Shown here one piece after another: positions 1-7,934 of a DNA stretch of 20,001 nt. Position 1 is the first letter of the stretch, and each line of letters begins with the position of its first letter. Made by a program: the position numbers and the translations under genes. The notes beneath the pieces are model-generated. The model searched no databases. It saw only the letters and a program-made list of their open reading frames with translations, and was not told where the DNA came from. The stretch is from assembly GCA_044356455.1 (NCBI GenBank), contig JBIKWF010000081.1, forward strand, positions 1-20,001, read 5' to 3'. The DNA is from Bdellovibrionota bacterium (lineage in GTDB: Bacteria > Bdellovibrionota_C > UBA2361 > JBGSMV01).

Positions 1-15
1 GAGATGATCAGGCTA

Positions 16-211
16 GCTAACGCCCGGACGGCGTTAGCAAATCGCGACCGGAGGGAGTGATTTGGAGCGCACCTGAGGGCGACGCCGTGTTCGCGGCGCT
101 CGCAGGTGCGCGATGTTGGAAATCCGCCTGGATGGCGGATTTCCAACGCAGTCTCACGGACCCGTTAGGGATCCCGTGAGACATGACGGCTAGCGTCTCA
201 GCGCAGAGACG
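16..211. other. Array of consecutive hairpins (candidate structured ncRNA or REP/MITE end), possibly cut by the window edge
   Basis: Stems seen: GCTAACGCC/GGCGTTAGC (16-38), AAATCGC/GTGATTT (39-63), GCGCACCTG/CAGGTGCGC (67-111, inner CGCCG/CGGCG), GTTGGAAATCCGCC/GGCGGATTTCCAAC (115-147), GTCTCACGG/CCGTGAGAC (151-182), CGTCTC/GAGACG (194-211). Confidence 0.6.
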
Positions 212-947
212 AAACAAAGGGACCAGCTACCACTGCTTCGGTAGGACTTGCAGGGGGTTGCGCCGTGGGAAGACTGGTGGGCCGCCGGGTGGGCCGAATT
301 CTGGGGCGTGCAGTCGGGGTCCGCGCAGCGGCTGTGGCTGTAGGCGAAGCAAGCTCTGGGGGAGGAGAAGTGGGCGGCGGAGATTGAATCGCTGCCTCGG
401 TGGGTACCAACTCTTCAGGTTTCTTTGTCGGGGCTACTGTCTCAGTTGGTTCCTCGAGTGGCTGCACCTTACTATCTCTAACAACGGTTACGGTCGGTGG
501 AATGGAATTCTGATTTCCGCGTTTGAGCGAGTCGCGGCGAGCGTCTGGTGCGCTGGATGATTGCATCTGAGGAGGTAGAAAAATCTGGGTACCTATGCCA
601 AGGAGCGCAAAGGAAAGAAGCAGTAAAGAAAGTTTGGTAATGAGCCCACGAGCACCTCTAAGCTCATTCTGAAGGTGAGACAATTCCTCTGCCAATGATG
701 CCAAGTCGTCTCTTTGAACCGGGAGGGTATCGGTCAAGGCTCCTTTTTCTAGCAAGCGGTGTTTGAGGCGAAGCTTCCTGAGGGCAGCTTCGTTCACTAT
801 TTCTCTTCCAAGCAAGGGGAGTGCGCAGGCCAGGGCGCATAATATAAGAAACGGCGTCCACTCCGCTTGAGGTAGTACCAATACGCTTGCTCCACTCGCA
901 GCGGCGAATACGAGGCAACAGCAGTGAAGAATCCGAAGCGGCTTCAT
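198..947 (-). CDS. Hypothetical membrane protein with a HAMP-like segment and a Pro/Thr-rich C-terminal tail
   Basis: 249-aa ORF 16 nt downstream of the co-oriented 964..2481 gene. It has two N-terminal hydrophobic helices, then GALTDTLPVQRDDLASLAEELSHL (HAMP-like), a third TM helix and a P/T/A-rich tail. Confidence 0.65.
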   Translation of the reverse strand: MKPLRILHCCCLVFAAASGASVLVLPQAEWTPFLILCALACALPLLGREIVNEAALRKLRLKHRLLEKGALTDTLPVQRDDLASLAEELSHLQNELRGARGLITKLSLLLLSFALLGIGTQIFLPPQMQSSSAPDARRDSLKRGNQNSIPPTVTVVRDSKVQPLEEPTETVAPTKKPEELVPTEAAIQSPPPTSPPPELASPTATAAARTPTARPRIRPTRRPTSLPTAQPPASPTEAVVAGPFVSSLR

Positions 948-963
948 ACCTAGGCAGTGTATG

Positions 964-2481
964 TCACCAGAGCATCCAGTTTAAAGGCCCTTTAAATGTA
1001 TGCGGGGTGGAAGGAGGATTCGTGGGTAGGTTCCGGTAGAGGTAAACGGTCTGAAAGGAAGCACTGCGCTCGCCGATCCATGAGCAGGTTAAGGCCGTAT
1101 CAAAAAGGTAGCGCCACTGTTCGTCTACGCACACTTCGTTCCCCTGTCGTAACAGTGCGAGGGCAAAGGGGGCAGCAAAGGGCCAGGCATCCTGGTCTCC
1201 TATTTCAAGGCGATAGGAGGCACCTGGCGTGGGTGCTAGTGCTTCAATAAAGGGGGCTGCAATCTGTCCGCACATTTGAGGACGTGGGGTAAAAGTCTTA
1301 GGGAAAAGAGCCCAGAGGGAGATAAGAGAGAGGGCGAGGGCAGCTCTGCTGCCGAGTAGAGGATGCAGGTGCCACGTCTTTGGGCTATAGCGCCTGGCTA
1401 GGTCCAGCGCGACTACTGCAAATAGTAGCTGGGAGGCTGCAACCACCCCGAGCATGCTGCGCAGCAGATAGGGCTCAAAGTTTCCTGCGATGCGAGTGGC
1501 GGAAACGATGGCAGCAAGCGAGGCGCTCGCGCAGATAATTGCCAAACTCTGCCTCACGCCACGCAAGCAAAAGGCAAGGGCGATAAGAACTACTAGAGTG
1601 AGCAAGAGCGCCGAAGTAGGAGTGAGCGCCGCAAAGATTCCTTTGGCATAGTAGCTTCCGACGAATCGAATGGACTCTCCGAGCCCCTTGGTTTCATTGA
1701 GCGTGCTTTGAAAACGTAAGATGGCACCTGCATTTCCGAAGCCAGGTTGCGTTATTGCATCGACGGCTACGGGTAAAATCGCGACAAAGATAATGCCAAA
1801 GGCAGAGGCCAGATGCCACCTGTGCCCAATAATGAGCGCTTTAGAAACGCCTCGACGAAGAAGTAAAAGCAGCGCCGTCATTGCCAGCGCCGCCACGAGC
1901 GGCAACGACCCTAGGTGGCTTGAGCATAAAATAACTGCTGCGCCCGCGAAGGGCACCGTCCATCCTAAAGCTCCAAGCCCGACTGCTGAAGCGGCGAAAA
2001 CAGCCACGAGCATGGGTGCCATAGTGACGGAAGGGTTCCAATAGTCATGAAAGAAAGGGCCCCCTTCGCCCCAAAGAATGGGATAGGAGAGGGGGAAGGC
2101 AAGTAAAGCAATCCAGCGAGGCCTAAAAAAACGAGCACACCACCAGCCCGCTATGCATATAAGTAGCGCATTGAGTGTTGCCTGAGCCGCGAGATGAAGT
2201 CCCATGGGGGTGCTTTCAAACGGCAGAAGCGTCTCGAATGTCGCATACCAATAGGGAAGAAGTGGCCCAGGATGCCGGAATCCAAATCTGCTATAGGGAC
2301 CTGTGAGTGCTTCGCCTTTCTTGGCAAGCTCTACCGCAATCCCCATGAGCTCATGATCCGCTCCCTTCTCGCAAGAAACGGCGATCGCCGCCCAGTTGTT
2401 ATAAAAATAGGCGCCCAGAAAAATGGTCGGAATGAGCGCTGCGAAAAGCAGCAGCAGGGGAGCAATGAGGGGGCGTCGCAT
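964..2481 (-). CDS. Polytopic membrane protein, putative GT-C/ArnT-like glycosyltransferase
   Basis: 505 aa with roughly ten hydrophobic segments. The first loop contains LTGPYSRFGFRHPGPLLPYWYA and a later WNPS motif, resembling ArnT/PMT-like families. Soluble C-terminal domain. Confidence 0.6.
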   Translation of the reverse strand: MRRPLIAPLLLLFAALIPTIFLGAYFYNNWAAIAVSCEKGADHELMGIAVELAKKGEALTGPYSRFGFRHPGPLLPYWYATFETLLPFESTPMGLHLAAQATLNALLICIAGWWCARFFRPRWIALLAFPLSYPILWGEGGPFFHDYWNPSVTMAPMLVAVFAASAVGLGALGWTVPFAGAAVILCSSHLGSLPLVAALAMTALLLLLRRGVSKALIIGHRWHLASAFGIIFVAILPVAVDAITQPGFGNAGAILRFQSTLNETKGLGESIRFVGSYYAKGIFAALTPTSALLLTLVVLIALAFCLRGVRQSLAIICASASLAAIVSATRIAGNFEPYLLRSMLGVVAASQLLFAVVALDLARRYSPKTWHLHPLLGSRAALALSLISLWALFPKTFTPRPQMCGQIAAPFIEALAPTPGASYRLEIGDQDAWPFAAPFALALLRQGNEVCVDEQWRYLFDTALTCSWIGERSASFQTVYLYRNLPTNPPSTPHTFKGPLNWMLW

Positions 2482-2590
2482 ACCCTCTCATTCCACGTTT
2501 TCTAGGGGGAGGGAAGATAGGTAAGTGGCGGTGGAATTCTTCGACCGAGAAATTTTTGAGAGGCTCGATTAGAGACAAGTGGTGGGTGTT

Positions 2591-2617
2591 GCCCCTACCA
2601 CCGGAAGTGGTAGGGGC
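2591..2617. terminator. 11-bp perfect hairpin downstream of the 2636..3322 gene (possible terminator or stabiliser)
   Basis: GCCCCTACCAC-CGGAA-GTGGTAGGGGC, 18 nt after the stop codon. There is no U-tract on the minus strand. Confidence 0.45.
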
Positions 2618-2635
2618 CTTTCAAGGGGCAGATTT

Positions 2636-3322
2636 TTAGAGCGTGGCTTCGAGAAAGGTTCCCACGGAGCTCTCTTTAATTTCTACTTTGTCCCCCTTCT
2701 TCAGGGCCGGGAGGCCTTCCACCGCAGAATCTCCCTGCGCTACACTGCAGCTGCCCTTGGAGGAGCGTAGGTTCCTTCCACGCTTAATCCGCACGTCGAG
2801 CTTAAATTCTGCTTTGGCTGTGTTCTGGTTCTCAGAGGCGCGGTCAAAGTCAAGCGTGCACTCCGCAATGCTCGCGTCAGCTCTAAGAATTGAAGCGGTG
2901 ATAGCAATATTCTCGGCCGCAGTCAGATCGGCGAGGGGTGGGACGAGGGAGCCCACGGGAACTTTGACTTTTATCACTAGGCGACGCTCGGCCTTTTTCG
3001 TTTTCGCCTCATATTCAACCTGGCCTCGAGCAGTAGTCACAACTCCGGTTGTTGCCTTAAGCCGAGAAAGAGCTTTGGGGCCACGTGAGGAGCTCGCGGA
3101 GGAGGAAGAGGCGGAAGAGCGAGAGGAGGATGTAGATCGCGAAGAAGATGAGCCCGCGCTTGAAGAAGAGCCTCCTGAGGAAACCGAACTCCCCGCGGAA
3201 CTTGAAGAACCGCTGCTATGACTATCGTCATCCCCGTGCCTTGCGAGCGCGGGGTGAGCGAAGCTCGCCCAGACAAGCCCAGTTAATGAGAGAGTGAGTG
3301 TCTTTTTTAACGTGCGGTTCAT
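2636..3322 (-). CDS. Secreted protein with a His/Asp-start Ser-rich linker and a beta-rich C-terminal domain
   Basis: AGGAGA RBS upstream of the ATG. Signal peptide ending in AHPALA, then RHGDDDSH plus poly-Ser, and a globular C-terminal domain with two Cys. Confidence 0.85.
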   Translation of the reverse strand: MNRTLKKTLTLSLTGLVWASFAHPALARHGDDDSHSSGSSSSAGSSVSSGGSSSSAGSSSSRSTSSSRSSASSSSASSSRGPKALSRLKATTGVVTTARGQVEYEAKTKKAERRLVIKVKVPVGSLVPPLADLTAAENIAITASILRADASIAECTLDFDRASENQNTAKAEFKLDVRIKRGRNLRSSKGSCSVAQGDSAVEGLPALKKGDKVEIKESSVGTFLEATL

Positions 3323-3398
3323 CGTGCATTCTCCTAATTAGCGTAATGCTTAATTTAAAAAGTCTTCTAAGAAAAAATGAGGGAGCGCATCTACCTAA

Positions 3399-3516
3399 GG
3401 AGCCTTTGAAAAACCTCCACTCCCAATACACCTCTGTGTACCTTCGTGTTCTCTGTGGAGAATTTTTTCATGAAAATTTCACCACGGAGGGCACAGAGGT
3501 ACACAGAGGCGAGTCC
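3399..3516. mobile_element. MITE-like element, copy A (right end partly deleted)
   Basis: CTAA|GGAGCCTTTGAAAAACC ... GAGTCC|CTAA (CTAA direct repeat at 3395-3398 and 3517-3520). Internal palindrome CCTCTGTGTACC (3431-3442) / GGTACACAGAGG (3498-3509). Colinear with the reverse complement of 5922..6050. Confidence 0.75.
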
Positions 3517-4380
3517 CTAATCAATCTCAAGCTTCGTAAGTGCAACGGTACTTCCCTGCGTTTGCCCTCGTGCCTTTACCTGGTCACCCACCGAGAAAGT
3601 GCTCAGAGTCGTCTGGTTACCATTCCCGTCTCGATATTCGGTGTTGGCTTGGGGCACAAAAGTAATGCCGCCGACCACTACCGCGCTGCTCGAAAGCATC
3701 TCGATAGGTCCCGTTCGCTCAACCTTTGAGGACTCTGAGCTGCTCGAGGAATTGGATGAGTTGTTGTCAGAGCTCGCGGAGTCTGAAGAGTCATCATCTG
3801 AGCTCGAAGAGCTGCTTTCGTCATCATCCGATGAGGAGCTAGAGGATTCATCATCGTCGCTTAAAGAAGAGCTCGAACTAGCGGAAGAAGAGGTTCCTGC
3901 GCTTACCGAGCTTGCTGCGGAACTCGTGCTCGCACTCGAGCTGGCGGAATTGCTCTTAGAAGAGGATGAGGAGCTCGCTTGGGGTTTCTGCTCAACCACT
4001 ACTTCTTCCGCTTCGACTAGATTGTTTGCGAGTCTTGCGCGGAAGGTGGCGGTGACGCGCTCGGTATCGGCAGGAAGGTTGGTGAGTGCTGCTTGGGTGC
4101 TAAGCCCCTGGCCCTCAAACAGCAGCGCAATACTGCTCGCGCGCGGGGAGAGCAGGCCAAAGGTTCCCGTTTCGTCAGTGAGGTCGGCGTCTCCCGTTGA
4201 AAGATCGGTAACCGTAACTCCGACGACGGGAGCACTATTCTCGGCGATGAGGCGTCCATTGACAGTCACTCCGCCAGAGCCAGAGGTGCTGCCGCCGCAG
4301 TGAGTGGTAAGAAGAAGAGTGAGTCCTAAGCATCCGGCGCGTGCTGTTTTCCAGGCGCGTGCCCACCAAGCGTTCGTCAT
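3517..4380 (-). CDS. Putative lipoprotein with an N-terminal carboxypeptidase-regulatory-like domain, Ser/Asp-rich linker and C-terminal DUF5666-like domain
   Basis: ATG at 4380 has a GGAG RBS and an ATGA overlap with the upstream stop. Lipobox-like LLLTTHC-GG, then GRLIAENSAPVVGVTVT...TDETGTF, a poly-S/D linker, and C-terminal TGPIEMLSSSAVVVGGITF...FSVGDQVKARG typical of DUF5666. Confidence 0.75.
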   Translation of the reverse strand: MTNAWWARAWKTARAGCLGLTLLLTTHCGGSTSGSGGVTVNGRLIAENSAPVVGVTVTDLSTGDADLTDETGTFGLLSPRASSIALLFEGQGLSTQAALTNLPADTERVTATFRARLANNLVEAEEVVVEQKPQASSSSSSKSNSASSSASTSSAASSVSAGTSSSASSSSSLSDDDESSSSSSDDDESSSSSSDDDSSDSASSDNNSSNSSSSSESSKVERTGPIEMLSSSAVVVGGITFVPQANTEYRDGNGNQTTLSTFSVGDQVKARGQTQGSTVALTKLEID

Positions 4381-5204
4381 AGTGTTGTCTCCGTTTCCCC
4401 TTGAGCGGTGAGGCGCGGGCATAAGCTGAATGAGCCCAGTGCGATACGCGCGCCACCTTGTTTCCCCTTGAGTTCTGGTGCGAGGTCTATGTCATGCTGC
4501 GAAAGAAACTGCCTCGCCCGTTTATGGAAAAGACTGCCCTCCTGCATGAGCCACTGCTGCACTTCGGGAAGGTGTTCCACTGCAATATTGTCAAAGACGG
4601 TCTTGAGGTGGTGATTCTTGACTTCGTGACTCCCGAATACGTTCTCTTCAACGGCGGCTGCAAGATCGACCGTGTCTTCTCCCCACTGCTGCAGCTGTTC
4701 TTTGGTGTCATCTGATGGCGAGAAGTCTCTCCACGCGAGCTTAATCATCCCGTTCTTGCGTTCAACAATTCCTCGGCGCTCCATTTCAAAAAGTACGGCG
4801 TAGCCGCTAATGTCTCCCCCGTTCACTGAGGCAACAAGATTTGCAAATTCACTGTCTCGGCCCTCACAGCCAAGCACGCGGGGTTTTCCAGCCTTCGTGG
4901 TGAACAAGGTGCTGTGCTGCCATTGCACCATGATTCTGCTGATCAGATTCGCAGGTGCGCGAGAGGCGGGAGCCTGGCTTCTTATGCGGGCAATATCCTT
5001 GCGATGCACTCCCGTCATGGCGCTTACCTTGCTTGCGCTCACTGGTTCATTTGACTTTGAGAGCGTGGATTCTGCGTTTTCAACCAGGACTTCCTTGAGC
5101 GTTTCGATGGCTTCATTGAGCTGTAGGCCATAGCGTATCGCGAGGCGCGCCGCGGGCCTCATAAGGTTGCGAAATACTGCCAGGGCGAGCTCACGTGAAA
5201 TCAT
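4377..5204 (-). CDS. DUF6502-family protein (predicted DNA-binding)
   Basis: The likely start is MISRELALAV (ATG 5204). Motifs LMRPAARLAIRYG, SKVSAMTGVHRKDIAR (HTH-like), W...F...GKPRVL, FANLVASV and AAVEEN. Translationally coupled to a DUF5666 gene, the usual neighbour of this family. Confidence 0.8.
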   Translation of the reverse strand: MISRELALAVFRNLMRPAARLAIRYGLQLNEAIETLKEVLVENAESTLSKSNEPVSASKVSAMTGVHRKDIARIRSQAPASRAPANLISRIMVQWQHSTLFTTKAGKPRVLGCEGRDSEFANLVASVNGGDISGYAVLFEMERRGIVERKNGMIKLAWRDFSPSDDTKEQLQQWGEDTVDLAAAVEENVFGSHEVKNHHLKTVFDNIAVEHLPEVQQWLMQEGSLFHKRARQFLSQHDIDLAPELKGKQGGARIALGSFSLCPRLTAQGETETTL

Positions 5205-5211
5205 ACCTTGC

Positions 5212-5226
5212 TGGGATTTAATCACA
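5212..5226. promoter_or_regulatory. Imperfect palindrome TGGGATTTAATCACA, candidate operator
   Basis: 15-bp dyad 7 nt upstream of the DUF6502 ATG, in the divergent intergenic region. Confidence 0.3.
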
Positions 5227-5360
5227 GCAAGGTGGCGAAAAGCAATCTTTTTCGAGTGAAATTTCCAAGCGCCTGAAACTATTGGCATAAAAGCGCGATG
5301 TGGCGGGTGAGGGACAGCTCGTCCTCTTGCTCTTGTCGCTGGTTGAGAGAGAATGACGCG

Positions 5361-5822
5361 ATGCGAAACGAACTTAATGAAATTGAAAAAGAGTGGCGTC
5401 GGCAGGTGCGGGCTCGTGCCCGCAAAGTGGCCCATCGTCCGAATATGATCTTGAATGGAGTCGTTGCGGCTTTAGTGACTCCTTCCATCATTTGTGTCGG
5501 CTTTTTTGTGCCTCTCGTTGGCCAGCTCTTGCTTTGCGGCAATCTGCTGCTGGCTGCTACCTATGTTTTTGTAAAGAGGTCAGTGCTCCTGGCTGTGAGT
5601 CTTGTGGGCGGTGTCGCCTCGGGAATCGCGATGATGGCCTTGGTCTCGAGTGTTTTTAACAGGGAAGCAGCGCCATTCTATTACCTGCTCATGGCCTTCT
5701 CGATGTTTATCTCATGCCTGACGTTTCTTGTACTCTTGGGCCGTATCTGGGTGCACTACGAAGAGGGTCGGAGCGCTGCAGCTCCAGGGTCACAAGGCGA
5801 GGGGCTTGACCATGCGGCGTGA
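5361..5822 (+). CDS. Small hypothetical membrane protein (about 4 TM helices)
   Basis: Likely ATG at 5361 (MRNELNEIEKEWRRQ). A charged N-terminus is followed by four hydrophobic segments. Confidence 0.7.
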   Translation: MRNELNEIEKEWRRQVRARARKVAHRPNMILNGVVAALVTPSIICVGFFVPLVGQLLLCGNLLLAATYVFVKRSVLLAVSLVGGVASGIAMMALVSSVFNREAAPFYYLLMAFSMFISCLTFLVLLGRIWVHYEEGRSAAAPGSQGEGLDHAA

Positions 5823-5843
5823 GCCTGTGTGTAGTGTGAGTCG

Positions 5844-5906
5844 CAGTGTTATTTGAATCCCAGTGTTATTTGAATCCCAGTGTTATTTGAATGCCAGTGC
5901 TATTTG
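5844..5906. repeat. Intergenic 17-bp tandem repeat, 3.7 copies
   Basis: CAGTGTTATTTGAATCC x2, CAGTGTTATTTGAATGC, then partial CAGTGCTATTTG. No spacers. Confidence 0.95.
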
Positions 5907-5921
5907 CGTTTCTTTTACCAA

Positions 5922-6050
5922 GGAATCTCTGAAAAACTCACCTCTGTGTACCTCTGCGTCCTCTGTGGTGAAATCTTCATCAAGGAATTGACCACAGAGG
6001 ACACGAAGGTACACAGAGGTGTATGAAAACTGTGGGTTTTCAGAGGCTCC
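5922..6050. mobile_element. MITE-like element, copy B (both terminal inverted repeats present)
   Basis: CCAA|GGAATCTCTGAAAAAC ... GTTTTCAGAGGCTCC|TTAG. Internal palindrome CACCTCTGTGTACC (5939-5952) / GGTACACAGAGGTG (6008-6021), extended by GTCCTCTGTGGT/ACCACAGAGGAC. Confidence 0.8.
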
Positions 6051-6812
6051 TTAGGCAGTGAAATGCCCTAGCAGCTCAGCTGCCCCGGCGAACCCATAAT
6101 AAAAGATAAAGCCGAACAGCATAAGGTTAAGGAAGAAAGCGAGATATCCGGCAACCGTAAACACGGCATCCTCCTCCAGGGTTCCGAGTGCAAGCAGCAC
6201 AATCGCAACCCCGGGCGGAAAATTGCCTCCGGGAGGTGTGGGTAGTGCGAGCAAGAAACCTGCAATCACCAAAAGAAGCCCATTGAAGCGATAGGCAAGC
6301 GTGTTGCCTATGAGCCAGCTTCCTCGAGGCTTTACGATGCCCTCTGCTTTGCGCAGAAGTTCAGCAGAAGCAGCAAATGCTTTGCTGAGAAACTCCCCTT
6401 GCAATCTTCGCTGCGCAAGTCGAGGGGGAAGCCATGGATTTAGGCCGAGTGCCATACAGGAAGCCGCGATGATTATTAGAAGGCCAAAGGGCGTGGAGAA
6501 TCCTGGGATCGTGACGGGAATAAGAAATGGTAGAGAGAGGAGCAGGATAATTCCACAATGTCCCTTCGTGCGAAGGAGCTCGAAAAGTTCCCCAAAGGTC
6601 AGCCCCTGAGTGCCGCAGAGCGTACTCACCTGTTTCAGTGTGTAGGAGAAACGATGTGAATCCACCGCCTCGGAAGATGCCGCCTCGGAAGATGCCGCCT
6701 CGGAAGTTGCTGAATCAGGAGAAGCAGTCTTAAGAGAATGGGTAAGCACGGATGCTGGGTCCCTTGGTAAGGCGTCAGTAGGAGTGGTAAGTGGGGGAGT
6801 AGGGTTGCTCAT
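6051..6812 (-). CDS. exoD: ExoD-family (exopolysaccharide synthesis) membrane protein
   Basis: LTFGELFELL..KGHCGIILLLSLPFLIPVTIPGFSTPFG, PWLPPRL, KPRG and GNFPPGVAIVLLALGTLEED match the ExoD pattern. The start is uncertain (ATG 6812 chosen). Confidence 0.85.
   Translation of the reverse strand: MSNPTPPLTTPTDALPRDPASVLTHSLKTASPDSATSEAASSEAASSEAVDSHRFSYTLKQVSTLCGTQGLTFGELFELLRTKGHCGIILLLSLPFLIPVTIPGFSTPFGLLIIIAASCMALGLNPWLPPRLAQRRLQGEFLSKAFAASAELLRKAEGIVKPRGSWLIGNTLAYRFNGLLLVIAGFLLALPTPPGGNFPPGVAIVLLALGTLEEDAVFTVAGYLAFFLNLMLFGFIFYYGFAGAAELLGHFTA
6666..6710. repeat. 15-bp in-frame tandem repeat x3 in the exoD N-terminus (SSEAA)
   Basis: CGCCTCGGAAGATGC x2 plus CGCCTCGGAAGTTGC. Confidence 0.9.
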
Positions 6813-6904
6813 AAGCGGCGAAACACTAGAGGGAATACCTTGCGGTGGAAACCACGAAAATATCATTTTGGTATATTTATTAAACCGCTGGGTTCGTGAG
6901 GTAC

Positions 6905-7828
6905 TCAGATCCATGTAAGAAGCGTGGGGAGGAACATAAGCGAAAACGGCGCACAGAGGGTGCTGAGCAGGACCGCACAGGACGCCTTTTCGGGCTCGGC
7001 ATTAAGGAGCGTCGCCCACGCTACGGTATTGGCAGCAAGAGGAAGCACGCTCATAAAGAGGGTTATTTTGCGTTCCTCTGGGGTGAGAACTCCGAGCAAT
7101 GTGTGCTCTGCCCAAAGAAGCAATAGGGCTGCGCAGGGCCAAAGGAAATGCTTGGCAACAAGGGTTGCACCTATAAACAGTGAGTCAAGGCGAAAGTCCT
7201 TCATAGCCGCAAGTCCAAGTCCGAGTAGCATCATGCCAAGAACCGAATAGGTGTGGCGAAGCATGAGGTGGAAATCAGCGGCCCGCGGAGAAAGCCCAAT
7301 TCCAAGTGCGTTCACGGAAAGTCCAAGTGCAAATGCGTAGAGCGCGGGCAATTTTAGTACCCGTATCCCTGCTTCTCGAGCGGAGAATTTCCCAAGTGCA
7401 AGCACAAAGATACCGAGCGTGTTCTCGAAGAGTAGGAACCCAAAGCCAGAGAGCACAATTAATGGCATCGAACTTTCACCAAAAAGTGCAATGCCTACTG
7501 GAATGGCAAAATAACCCGAGTTCGCGTTGCCTGCGGCGAATGCAATTAGGTTGCGACCTGGGGCGGGTAGCCACGCGCGCGTGAGCCTAAGGGTGAGGAG
7601 GCACACGGCGAAGCAGAGTGCACAAATAATTCCAGGGAGCACCAGCGTTGAAAGCGACAAAGGCGCGCGCAGGAGTGCACCGAACACGACGCAGGGAGTG
7701 ATCAAATAGATAAGCAAAGGAGCAATCGCCTCTCCGCGTACCCCAATCCAGCGCCCTGCAATAAAGCCTCCCCCAATCAGAGCGAACATGGGCGCTAGAG
7801 TAAGCAGAAGCGGAGCGAAGTCTTCCAT
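6905..7828 (-). CDS. AEC (auxin efflux carrier/malate permease) family transporter
   Basis: 307 aa, about 10 TM. Motifs YLITPCVVF, GNANSGYFAIPV, LPALYA, MMLLG, KHFLWP, PLAANT and LLSTL. Confidence 0.9.
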   Translation of the reverse strand: MEDFAPLLLTLAPMFALIGGGFIAGRWIGVRGEAIAPLLIYLITPCVVFGALLRAPLSLSTLVLPGIICALCFAVCLLTLRLTRAWLPAPGRNLIAFAAGNANSGYFAIPVGIALFGESSMPLIVLSGFGFLLFENTLGIFVLALGKFSAREAGIRVLKLPALYAFALGLSVNALGIGLSPRAADFHLMLRHTYSVLGMMLLGLGLAAMKDFRLDSLFIGATLVAKHFLWPCAALLLLWAEHTLLGVLTPEERKITLFMSVLPLAANTVAWATLLNAEPEKASCAVLLSTLCAPFSLMFLPTLLTWI

Positions 7829-7934
7829 GCGGAGCCAGGCCGAGCGAGGTAACTACCTAAAAAGAGTAGGAAAGGGCACTAACCCATCCAACAATAAGGG
7901 TTTAACCTACTCACGCAACTCACCGATAGTAGTT

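Noticed and set aside
3298..3729. 143-aa + strand ORF and other short ORFs crossing MITE copies (e.g. 15768..16049)
   Set aside because: They are translations of the repeat element and antisense of real genes, with no transposase motifs.
2643..4303. Long + strand Glu/Leu-rich ORFs 2643..3221 and 3599..4303
   Set aside because: Antisense shadows of poly-Ser codons. The minus-strand genes have RBSs, signal peptides and recognisable domains.
5205..5435. ORF-track N-terminal extensions of DUF6502 (also exoD to 6914, kinase to 7788, helD-like to 18223)
   Set aside because: They overlap neighbouring genes or a terminator. Family-like sequence begins at downstream ATGs.
5844..5906. Possible CRISPR array
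   Set aside because: 17-bp units are directly adjacent with no spacers, and there are no cas genes.
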